NCBI GenBank assembly: GCA_964537235.1
Contig: CAZHZQ010000001.1
Location: 1-50,515 of the forward strand
Direction: 5' to 3'
DNA length: 50,515 nt
DNA from: an uncultured Actinomycetota bacterium
GTDB lineage: Bacteria; Actinomycetota; Nitriliruptoria; Nitriliruptorales; JAHWKO01
Shown one piece after another: positions 15,813 to 24,254 of this stretch; position 1 is the stretch's first letter, and the number at the start of each line of letters is the position of its first letter. The position numbers and the translations under genes were made by a program. The notes under the pieces were generated by a model. The model was given only the letters and a program-made list of their open reading frames with translations, did not search any database and was not told the origin of the DNA.

Positions 15813-17660
15813 CTAGAGCCCCGGGCCGCGGGCTGACAGCTCCTCGTCGATGGCGGTCGCGGCGGTGATCAGCCCCATGTGGGTGAACCCCTGGGGGAAG
15901 TTGCCCAGGTGCGCGCCGGTCGACGGATCGATCTCCTCGGCGTAGAGGCCGAGAGGACCGGCCAGGGACAGCAACCGCTCGAACAGCCGGCCGGCCTCGT
16001 CCAGGTCGCGCATCCGGGCCAGCAGCTCGACCAGCCAGAACGAGCACATCAGGAACGCGCCCTCGTCCCCCTCGAGTCCGTCGTCGTTCTTGTAACGGAG
16101 CAGGAGCCCGTCGTCGACCTCCAGTTCGCGTCGTACCGCGTCGACCGTGCTCCGGACCCGTTCGTCCGCGACAGGCAGGAACCCGCGCAGGGGCAGCAGA
16201 AGCACGGATGCGTCCGGGTGCTTGGACCCGTAGGCCTGCACGAAGGACCCGATCTCCTCGTCGTAGCCGCGGGTCATGATGTCCTCGGAGATCTCTTCGC
16301 AGAGCCGCTGCCACTCCCGGAAGGGGCCCTTGAGTCCGAGGCCGCGACCGATGCGGATCGCGCGGTCCACCGCCAGCCAGCACTGGAACTTGCTGAACGT
16401 GTGGTGTCGGGGCGCCGAACGGATCTCCCACAGCCCGCTGTCCGGCTCCCGCCACCGGGCGGCGACCGTCTCCACCAGCTCCCGGATCACCGGCCAGCGC
16501 GCCGCAGGGACCTCGCCGCCGAGCTGCTCGGTGAGGAACCCCAGCTGCATGGCGGCTCCGTAGATGTCGAGCTGCAGTTGGTGGGCCGCGCCGTTGCCGA
16601 CACGCACGGGGCGGGACCCCCGGTAGCCGGCCAGATGGGGGAGTTCGAACTCGGTCAGGTCCTCCTCACCGGTGATCCGGTACAGCGGGCGCAGCTCGTG
16701 CGCCCCGCCGACGCGATCGGTCAGCTCGGACAGCCACCGGATGAACGTCTCCGCCTCACGTGCGTGCCCGATCTCCAGGAAACACTCCAGCACGTACGCG
16801 GAGTCGCGGATCCACGAGTAGCGGTAGTCCCAGTTGCGTATGCCGCCGACCGTCTCCGGCAGGGAGGTCGTCGGGGCGGCGACCAGCGCCCCGCTCGGCT
16901 CGTACACGAGACACTTGAGGACGAGGGCGCTGCGCACGACGGCGTCCCGCCACGGCCCGTGGTAGTCGATCAGGCCCGACCAACGTCCCCACGTGCGGAC
17001 GGTGAGGTCCAGCAGCTCCCGGGGGGACAGGTGACGGTGTGGGCCCCGTTCGGACCCCGGCGTGAGCAGGACGAACCAACGTTCCTGCCCGGGTTCCAGC
17101 CGCACGGTCGTCCGCGCGACGTCGCCGAGCCCGTCCTCGTGGGAGGCGATGTCCCAGTCGAGCCCCGGTCCCTCGAGCTCGAGGTGCTCGGTACCCGCCA
17201 TGGCCCGCACCCCCGCGGTCGTGGTCTCGATCGTGGTGTGGGCCCGGGCGTAGTCGAACCGGGGCTGGAACGCGACCTCTGCGGTGACCGGAGCGAACGC
17301 TTCGACGCGGCGGACGAGGGTGTGGGCCGTGTGGGTCGGGTCGAACGCGTTCACCCGCGAGTAGACGAGGAAGTCCGTGAGCGTCAGCACCGGCTCGCCG
17401 TCACGTACGAACCGCGTCACCAGGACGTTGGTCTCACCGAGGTAGGTGCGTTGGACCCGCAGTTCTTCGTGGTCGCGCGGACGGATCCGCCAGCGGCCTC
17501 CCTTCTCCTGGTCCAGGAGCGCCGCGAAGACGCTGGGGGAGTCGAAGCGCGGGATGCACAGCCAGTCCACCGATCCGTCCGGCGAGACGAGGGCGGCGGT
17601 CCGGCTGTCGCCGATCAGGCCGTAGTCCTCGATGGGATGCTCCACGGGAGAACCGCTCAC
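15813..17660 (-). CDS. Glycoside hydrolase family 15 (glucoamylase/trehalase-like)
   Basis: IEDYGLIGDSRTAALVSPDGSVDWLCIPRFDSPSVFAALLD, IRNWDYRYSWIRDSAY, FPQGFTHMGLI. Confidence 0.9.
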   Translation of the reverse strand: MSGSPVEHPIEDYGLIGDSRTAALVSPDGSVDWLCIPRFDSPSVFAALLDQEKGGRWRIRPRDHEELRVQRTYLGETNVLVTRFVRDGEPVLTLTDFLVYSRVNAFDPTHTAHTLVRRVEAFAPVTAEVAFQPRFDYARAHTTIETTTAGVRAMAGTEHLELEGPGLDWDIASHEDGLGDVARTTVRLEPGQERWFVLLTPGSERGPHRHLSPRELLDLTVRTWGRWSGLIDYHGPWRDAVVRSALVLKCLVYEPSGALVAAPTTSLPETVGGIRNWDYRYSWIRDSAYVLECFLEIGHAREAETFIRWLSELTDRVGGAHELRPLYRITGEEDLTEFELPHLAGYRGSRPVRVGNGAAHQLQLDIYGAAMQLGFLTEQLGGEVPAARWPVIRELVETVAARWREPDSGLWEIRSAPRHHTFSKFQCWLAVDRAIRIGRGLGLKGPFREWQRLCEEISEDIMTRGYDEEIGSFVQAYGSKHPDASVLLLPLRGFLPVADERVRSTVDAVRRELEVDDGLLLRYKNDDGLEGDEGAFLMCSFWLVELLARMRDLDEAGRLFERLLSLAGPLGLYAEEIDPSTGAHLGNFPQGFTHMGLITAATAIDEELSARGPGL

Positions 17661-17705
17661 GATCGATGTCCCGTCAGGAGCTTCTCCCGCACCGTCGGCC
17701 TTCCG

Positions 17706-19115
17706 TCACCCCCCGTCGGTGACGCCCTCGAGGCCTTCCAGCTGACGGTCGACCCAGGCGAACACGTCGTGCTCGTGCACCACCTGCGCCATCCGCTTCA
17801 GACCCTCGCGGGCCGCGACCGGATCGACGTCCAGGGCTTCCTCGATGCGGCGGGACAGTCCCTCCACATCGAACGGGTTGCAGGGGATCGCCTCGGTGAG
17901 CTCCAGGCGTGAGCCGGTGAACTCGCTGAGGACGAGCGCTCCCGTCCCGTCCTGTGCAGCCTGGCACACGACGAACTCTTTGGCGATGAGGTTCATCCCG
18001 TCCTTCAACGGAGTGACCATCGCGACGTCGGCCAACCGGTAGTAGGCGACCAGCCGTGAACGGGGTACGCCCCGGTGCAGATAGTGCACCGGGACGTCCG
18101 AGCCCGGCTCGGTGAAGCGGCCGTTGATCCGTCCGACCTCGCGCTCGACGTCACGCCTCAGGTCGCGGTACTCCTGGACCCCCTCGCGGCTCGGGACCGC
18201 GATCTGCACGAACGCGATCTGCTCGCGCAGGTCCGGGCGACGTTCCAGGAGCAGCTCGATCGCCCGGAACCGTTCGTGGATGCCCTTCGTGTAGTCGAGA
18301 CGGTCGACACCGAGGAGGACCTTGCGCCCCGAGAACTGTTCGCGCAGGCTCGTGAGCTCCTTCTCGACAACGGTGCTCCTCGCCAGCTCCTCGAACGCGC
18401 CGGCATCGATCGAGATCGGGTCCGCAGCCGTCCGGACGGTCCGCCCGTCCGGCAGTCCGATGTCGAGATCGGTGACCTCGAAGTCCTCGCGGTGGAACCG
18501 TTCGACCGTGCGCATGAAGTTGTCACGGTACGGCTCGGTGTGGAAGGCCACGAGGTCGGCTCCCAGCAGGCCACCCAGTATCCGCTCGCGCCACGGCAGG
18601 CGGGCGAACAGCTCCTGGGGAGGGAACGGGATGTGCAGGAAGTACAGGATCGTGGCGTCGGGCCACGCCTCGCGCAGCAGCTCGGGCAGCAGCATCAGGT
18701 GGTAGTCGTGCACCCACAGGATCGGGGACTGGTCCTCGACCTCGATCTCGGCGGTGCGTTCGGCGAAGCGCTGGTTGACCTGTTCGTAGATCTCCCACCA
18801 GCGCCGGTCGAAGACGGGTTGCTCGACGAGGTCGTGGAACAGCGGCCAGAGCGTCCGGTTGGCGAAGCCGTGGTAGTAGCCCTGGACCTCTGCGTGGGAC
18901 AGGGACAGCGAGGCCAGGTCGATGTCGAGCCCTTCGACGCGGGGCGGGACGTCCTCGTCCCCGCCGTCCCACCCGACCCAGACTCCGCGGGTGTTCTCCA
19001 TGATCGGCCGCATCGCCGTGACCAGGCCTCCGGTGCTGGTGCGCCAGCCGCCGTTGTCCTTGGACACGGGCAACCGGTTGGCGATCGTGACCAGCGGTCG
19101 ATCGGTGGTGAACAC
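17706..19115 (-). CDS. otsA: Alpha,alpha-trehalose-phosphate synthase
   Basis: IANRLPV, FANRTLWPLFH, WVHDYHLMLLP, LFLHIPFP-like block, MNLIAKEF. GT20 hallmark order. Confidence 0.92.
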   Translation of the reverse strand: MFTTDRPLVTIANRLPVSKDNGGWRTSTGGLVTAMRPIMENTRGVWVGWDGGDEDVPPRVEGLDIDLASLSLSHAEVQGYYHGFANRTLWPLFHDLVEQPVFDRRWWEIYEQVNQRFAERTAEIEVEDQSPILWVHDYHLMLLPELLREAWPDATILYFLHIPFPPQELFARLPWRERILGGLLGADLVAFHTEPYRDNFMRTVERFHREDFEVTDLDIGLPDGRTVRTAADPISIDAGAFEELARSTVVEKELTSLREQFSGRKVLLGVDRLDYTKGIHERFRAIELLLERRPDLREQIAFVQIAVPSREGVQEYRDLRRDVEREVGRINGRFTEPGSDVPVHYLHRGVPRSRLVAYYRLADVAMVTPLKDGMNLIAKEFVVCQAAQDGTGALVLSEFTGSRLELTEAIPCNPFDVEGLSRRIEEALDVDPVAAREGLKRMAQVVHEHDVFAWVDRQLEGLEGVTDGG

Positions 19116-19219
19116 GTGTTCTGCCTGGTGTCGGTGTGTCCGAACCCTAACGGTGGACCGGCTGTCGGTGGGTCCGTCGCCGCGTCCATCGGGGCAGCGG
19201 ACCGGTCATCAGGGGCAGC

Positions 19220-20017
19220 TCAGGGCCGTGGATCGAGGGTCTCGTCGATGTGCCGCTCGAAGGTCTCGTGCACCTCGCTCGTCACCGGCCCCGGAGCCGG
19301 GTACGTCGTCTCGTCGATCGCGTGCACGGGCATCACGGGGCGGGTGGCCGACAGGAGGAAGACCTCGTCGGCGTCCAGGAGCTCGTCGAGCGTGTGCACG
19401 CCGAGCTCGACGTCCACCAGACGACCGAGGTGGGCGAGTGTGACCGAGTCGAGGATCGGGAGCGCATCGGGGTCCGGGGCGCGGAGCACCTCGTCCTCGA
19501 CCCACGCGATGGCCGCGGTGGGCGATTCGAGCACGATGTCGCCGTTGACGACGATCGCATCGTCGGCGTGGGCGGCCTTGGCCTGCCGCGTCGCCCACAC
19601 GTTGGCGGCGTAGGAGAGCGTCTTGACGCCGGTGAGGGCCGTCCGCCAGGGCATGTCGATGGGCCGGAGCGCCATCGTGGATGGCCACGTCGAAGCCTGG
19701 AGCACTCCGCGCACGATGCCGTCGCGGGTCACGACGAGTCGCAGGGAGCCGTCACGATCGCCCCACGCCGCCAGCAGGTCGGTCACGACCTGACGCAGGA
19801 CGGGGACGCGGATGCCCAGGACCCTCGCGGAGCGCCGGAGGCGCGCCAGGTGATCGTCGAGCGCGTGCGTCCGACCGCCCCGTACCAGCGCGACGTCGAA
19901 CACGGCGTCGCCCCGCAGGAACCCGTCATCGAGCAGCGGAACGGTGGCCTCGGAGGCCGGCACGACACGGCCGTTCATCCAGGCGAGGGGTCTCGGTTCA
20001 GCGGACACGGCGTGCAT
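19220..20017 (-). CDS. Class IV (branched-chain / D-amino acid / ADC-lyase type) aminotransferase
   Basis: DDGFLRGDAVFD, HLARLRRSA, LTGVKTLSY. Confidence 0.82.
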   Translation of the reverse strand: MHAVSAEPRPLAWMNGRVVPASEATVPLLDDGFLRGDAVFDVALVRGGRTHALDDHLARLRRSARVLGIRVPVLRQVVTDLLAAWGDRDGSLRLVVTRDGIVRGVLQASTWPSTMALRPIDMPWRTALTGVKTLSYAANVWATRQAKAAHADDAIVVNGDIVLESPTAAIAWVEDEVLRAPDPDALPILDSVTLAHLGRLVDVELGVHTLDELLDADEVFLLSATRPVMPVHAIDETTYPAPGPVTSEVHETFERHIDETLDPRP

Positions 20018-20112
20018 GGTGGCAGAGCACGCCGCCTCGGGTCGAACCGGCCTCCGTCATCACGCCCGACATCGGGAACGGTCGTGGGCGCCGTCGCGTT
20101 GTACCGTCACGA

Positions 20113-20486
20113 GTGAGGAGCCGACCGGGCGGCCGCGGTTTCGCATCACGCGGGATCGAGGAAAGTCCGGACTCCACAGGGCAGGGTGCTGGGGAGAACC
20201 CCAGGCGCGGCGACGCGTGGACAGTGCCACAGAAAACACACCGCCGATGGCCGCACACGCGGCACAGGCAAGGATGGAACGGTGCGGTAAGAGCGCACCA
20301 GCGTCCGGGGCGACCCAGGCGGCTCGGTAAACCCCACCAGGAGCAAGGCCAAGCAGGGACAGGGCGGCCCGTCCGACGTCCCAGGTAGGCCGCTAGAGAC
20401 GCTGGGCAACCGGCGTCCCAGACAGATGGTCGCCACCCCGCACTCACGGTGGGGCACAGGATCCGGCTTACAGGTCGGCTCCTCAC
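20113..20486 (+). ncRNA. rnpB: RNase P RNA, bacterial type A
   Basis: P1 pairing between 20113-20126 (gtgaggagccgacc) and 20473-20486 (ggtcggctcctcac). Universally conserved blocks GAGGAAAGTCCGGAC, ACAGAAAACA, GGTAAGAGCGCACCAG, GGTAAACCCCACC, AGCAAGGCCAAG, ACAGGATCCGGCTTACAG. Confidence 0.93.
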
Positions 20487-20513
20487 CTTTCCCTCGCCGC
20501 AGAGCGCCGAGGT

Positions 20514-21911
20514 CTACGGCACCTGTCGTAGCCCGGGTGACTCGGAGGTTTCTGACGCCCCGTTGACCACGACGCGGTCGCGGCCCGCCGCCTTGGCCTC
20601 GTAGAGCGCAGTGTCCGCGGTGGCGAGCAGTTCGTCCAGACCGTCGCCGGTCGAGGTGTCGGCCAGCCCGATGCTGACCGTGAACGTGGGCAGCAGCCCG
20701 CCCTCCAGCGAATCCGCGAGCCGCTGACGGACCCGTTGGGCCACCTGCCGTGCGGTGTCGGCGGAGCAACGGGGCAGCAGCAGGACGAACTCCTCGCCGC
20801 CGAACCGCGCCGCCATGTCACCGGGGCGTAGCGCCGCGCGCAGCACGCGAGCGAACTGGCGCAGGGCCCGGTCCCCGGTCTCGTGCCCGTGCGTGTCGTT
20901 GAGATCCTTGAAGTTGTCGAGGTCGCACATCGCCACGGTGACCGGGCGGGCGTCGCGTGGGAGTTCGCGGAAATGGGTCTCCAGGCTGCGGCGGTTGATC
21001 AGGCCGGTGAGTGGGTCCGTCGCCGCCTGCAGTTGCGTGTCGGCGAGCACCCGCATCATCTCGATCCGGGCGCCGGTGCGCGCCGCGAGCGATCGCAGCC
21101 GGTCCGTGTTCTCCGGCCTCTCCGTCTCCTCGACTGGGCGGATCGCGTGGAGCACGCCGACGGCGTGTCCCATCAGCGCGACCGGGACACACGTGGCGGC
21201 GCAGGGACCGTACGGGCGACCGCGCAGCTTCGGGCAGGCGTCCAGCTCCTCCGAGGACTCGAACACCATCGGTGAACCCTGGCGCACGGCTGGGCAATCC
21301 TGTGGTGCCTCGACTGTGCAACCGGGGGCCTGATCGTCCTGGGCGCGTACGGCGACCCGGCGAAGGTGCGCGTCGCTGTTGTCGGCCAGGAGCAGCTCCA
21401 CCGGTCGCCCGGGCGCGGCGTCGCCCATCCCATGTTCGACGATGTCGAGGACCTCGGGCTCGTCGTCGGCCATCTCGAGCGCCCGGTGCAGGCGGGTGTC
21501 GAACTCGAGCCGCTCCGCCTGGGACGTCAGGTCGGCTTCCCGCCGCGCCATCTCGCCCATGCGCTCCTCCAGCTCGTTGCGCAGCGGTCCGACGATCACT
21601 CGCCAGAGCAGGACCCCGAGCAGGAGCGGCAGCCACAGCGCACTGACAGCGACATCCGCGATCCCCCCGAGGTCCGGGACGAGTCGTGCGCGCAGCGCAT
21701 CCTGGGTGAGCTGCACGACGACCGCGACCGCGAGGATCGCCAGGAACACCTGGAGCGGTGACCGCACGAGCTGCTCACCCCACGAGTCGCCGAGCCGGCT
21801 CCGGCCGCGCCGCAGCCGCTGCCACAGTTCCGACATCTGGCCCCCAGAGAGATGCTCGTCCACCTGAGAGTTCGACGGTCCCGTGCGGCGGCTTGAGCTC
21901 ACTGGCCTCAT
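20514..21911 (-). CDS. Membrane-anchored diguanylate cyclase (TM - coiled coil - Cys-rich GAF-like sensor - GGDEF)
   Basis: RFGGEEF, DLDNFKDLND. ATG 21911 overlaps the upstream TGA (ATGA). An alternative start is ATG 21836 (MSELWQRL). Confidence 0.85.
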   Translation of the reverse strand: MRPVSSSRRTGPSNSQVDEHLSGGQMSELWQRLRRGRSRLGDSWGEQLVRSPLQVFLAILAVAVVVQLTQDALRARLVPDLGGIADVAVSALWLPLLLGVLLWRVIVGPLRNELEERMGEMARREADLTSQAERLEFDTRLHRALEMADDEPEVLDIVEHGMGDAAPGRPVELLLADNSDAHLRRVAVRAQDDQAPGCTVEAPQDCPAVRQGSPMVFESSEELDACPKLRGRPYGPCAATCVPVALMGHAVGVLHAIRPVEETERPENTDRLRSLAARTGARIEMMRVLADTQLQAATDPLTGLINRRSLETHFRELPRDARPVTVAMCDLDNFKDLNDTHGHETGDRALRQFARVLRAALRPGDMAARFGGEEFVLLLPRCSADTARQVAQRVRQRLADSLEGGLLPTFTVSIGLADTSTGDGLDELLATADTALYEAKAAGRDRVVVNGASETSESPGLRQVP

Positions 21912-24085
21912 TTTCTCGCGTAGCGGTCGAACAGCGCCTCGATCTCGTCCGGGGGACCGATGATCGTCATCCGGTCACCCCCCTGCAAGCGCGTACCACC
22001 CCGGGGGAAGATGGCGTGTCCGTTCCGGCGCACCAGGGCGACCAGGGTGTTGGCGGGCCAGTCGATGTCACGGATGCGGCGGCCGTCGAGTCCACGGGTG
22101 GGACCGTCGGCCCGGATCTCCACCGTGACGAACCACTCGTGCCGGAGCAGGGCCTCCTTGAGCTCGTGTTCGTCCTGCGCCCACCGCCATCGGCGCGAGA
22201 AATCACCTTCCTCCACCTGCGTGGCCAGCTCGGCCAGGATCCTCAGGTGTTGGGTCATGGCTTCGCCGGGACTGAAGAGCACGATCAGGCCCGAGACACG
22301 GCGTGCCACCGCCGACGCGCCGTCGACTTCCTCGTGTTGCTCTTCCTGCTGCTCCTCCTCCGTTCGGTCCTCACCAGGGAACTGCCGTCCCTCCCCGATC
22401 CGCACGCCGTGCTCGACCCGCACGAGGGCGACCACAGGGTGGCCGATCTCGTCGAGCATCACGTCGATGAGTCCCACGGAGGTGTCCGCAGGGGTGATCG
22501 CCCCCTCCTGCGCGCTCTCCAAGACCATCCTCAGACCGTCGACGGCCATGTCGAGATCCGAGGCCAGCTCCCCGGCAACCCGGTCCAGCACCTCGTCCAT
22601 GGACACCCTCTCGTGGATGTCGAGGGTCCGGGCTCTGGCCACCAGCTCCTCGTAGGAGTCCTCCACGGTCGTACCCCGCTCCTGCAACAGACGCCACAGC
22701 TCGTGGTCGACCCCGGGTTCGCCGAGTCTGCTCAACCGTCGGAAGTAGCTGAAGATGGCCCCACGTTGCGCGACACGGCCCTTGGCGTAGACCTGGTACC
22801 AGCCGGCCGACCCGGCGACGATGACGACGACGAACAGCACCGCGAAGATCCCCAGCGTCGCGATGAGCCCGAGCATGGCGACCACCCCGAAGATCTGCAT
22901 CCACGGGTACAGAGGGGACCGGTAACCGGGCGCGTACGCCTCGATCCGGCTCTCACGCATGATGATGACCGCGAGGTTGATCAGCGCGAACGTCAACAGG
23001 ATGAACGCCGAGCCGAGCTTGGCCAGCCGTTCCACGTCGAGGAACACGATCGCGGCGATCATGATGGCGCAGGTCGCGGTGATCGCGACCGTCGGCGTCG
23101 AGAACCGGCCGATGCGCTCGAAGCCGCTCCACACGAGTTCGTCGCGCGCCATCGCCAGCGGGTAACGCGACGCGGTGAGGATGCCCGCGTTGCCGGTCGA
23201 CGCGAACGCGGCGATCGCGGCCACGACCACGAGTAGGAGCCCCAGTTCCCCCGGCAGCCAGTGGAGGAACGCCTCGCCGGCGGTGGCCACCGGGGTCAGG
23301 TCGTCACGCAGGACGGCAGGATCGATCGCGCCGACCATGATGTAGACACCGCCGACGTAGATCGCGGTGGCCGTCAGCAGCGCCAGACCCATCCCGAGGG
23401 GCAGGTTGCGGTCGAGATCACGGATCTCCTCGGCCGCCGACGCGATCTTGGTCAGCCCCGCGTACGAGATGGACACCAGACCGATCGTCGACACCAACCC
23501 GAGCGTGCCGAAGGCGAGGAACGGGGAGAACTGCCGGCTGTGGACGGTGGCGAAGCCCTCGCCCCCGAGGTGGAACAGGCCAGCCGTCACGTAGTAGGCC
23601 AAGATCGGCACCAGCATGAACACGAGGAAGTTCTGGAGCCAGGCCGTCTCCTTGACCCCGACCGTGTTGAGCAATCCGAACGCGACCGTCAACGCCACCG
23701 CGAGCGGGACCATCGGCACGTCGAAGAACAGGGCGATGTAGGCGCCCATCCCGACCAGGGCGAAGGAGCTCTTCAGCACGAGGACCAGCCACAGACCGAT
23801 GCCGCCGATCACGCCGAACCAAGGACCGAGGCTGCGGTGGATGAAGAAGTACGCGCCGCCGGCCCGTGGCATGGCGCTGGACAGCTCCGAGATCGAGTAC
23901 ATCGCCGGGACCATGACCACGGCGGACAACAGGTACGCGAGGACGACCGACGGACCGGTGTTGCCGGCCGCCACCCCGGGCAGGAAGAAGAAACCCGACG
24001 CGAACATGGCCCCGACGCAGATCGTGTACACGTCGCGCAGCCCGAGCCTCTTCTCGAGCACCTCGATATCAGCGTCGCCGGACAA
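21908..24085 (-). CDS. APC-family amino acid/cation permease with a cytoplasmic regulatory tail ending in a TrkA-C (RCK_C) domain
   Basis: Permease core starts LRDVYTICVGAMFASGFFFLPG. The C-terminus LDGRRIRDIDWPANTLVALVRRNGHAIFPRGGTRLQGGDRMTIIG is TrkA-C-like. TTG 24085 is preceded by AGGAG (5-nt spacer). The track ORF extends to 25084 as an antisense artefact. Confidence 0.85.
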   Translation of the reverse strand: MSGDADIEVLEKRLGLRDVYTICVGAMFASGFFFLPGVAAGNTGPSVVLAYLLSAVVMVPAMYSISELSSAMPRAGGAYFFIHRSLGPWFGVIGGIGLWLVLVLKSSFALVGMGAYIALFFDVPMVPLAVALTVAFGLLNTVGVKETAWLQNFLVFMLVPILAYYVTAGLFHLGGEGFATVHSRQFSPFLAFGTLGLVSTIGLVSISYAGLTKIASAAEEIRDLDRNLPLGMGLALLTATAIYVGGVYIMVGAIDPAVLRDDLTPVATAGEAFLHWLPGELGLLLVVVAAIAAFASTGNAGILTASRYPLAMARDELVWSGFERIGRFSTPTVAITATCAIMIAAIVFLDVERLAKLGSAFILLTFALINLAVIIMRESRIEAYAPGYRSPLYPWMQIFGVVAMLGLIATLGIFAVLFVVVIVAGSAGWYQVYAKGRVAQRGAIFSYFRRLSRLGEPGVDHELWRLLQERGTTVEDSYEELVARARTLDIHERVSMDEVLDRVAGELASDLDMAVDGLRMVLESAQEGAITPADTSVGLIDVMLDEIGHPVVALVRVEHGVRIGEGRQFPGEDRTEEEQQEEQHEEVDGASAVARRVSGLIVLFSPGEAMTQHLRILAELATQVEEGDFSRRWRWAQDEHELKEALLRHEWFVTVEIRADGPTRGLDGRRIRDIDWPANTLVALVRRNGHAIFPRGGTRLQGGDRMTIIGPPDEIEALFDRYARK

Positions 24086-24254
24086 GCAGTCTCCTGGGTT
24101 CGCCGACCGTACGCGTGCGTCTGAACGGATCCTGGTGCCGCACGGGTCGCGCCGCCTCCCCGCGAGTCGGGAACGGGTCGATGAGGCTAGCCTCCCGGAC
24201 CTGACGGGCCGATCCTCCGAGTGCCCCCTGATTTCGCCTCCGCTGGAGTGAACG

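Noticed and set aside
19944-20769. ORFs 19944..20330+, 19998..20486- and 20146..20769-
   Set aside because: They overlap the RNase P RNA gene, whose conserved blocks and P1 helix explain the region.
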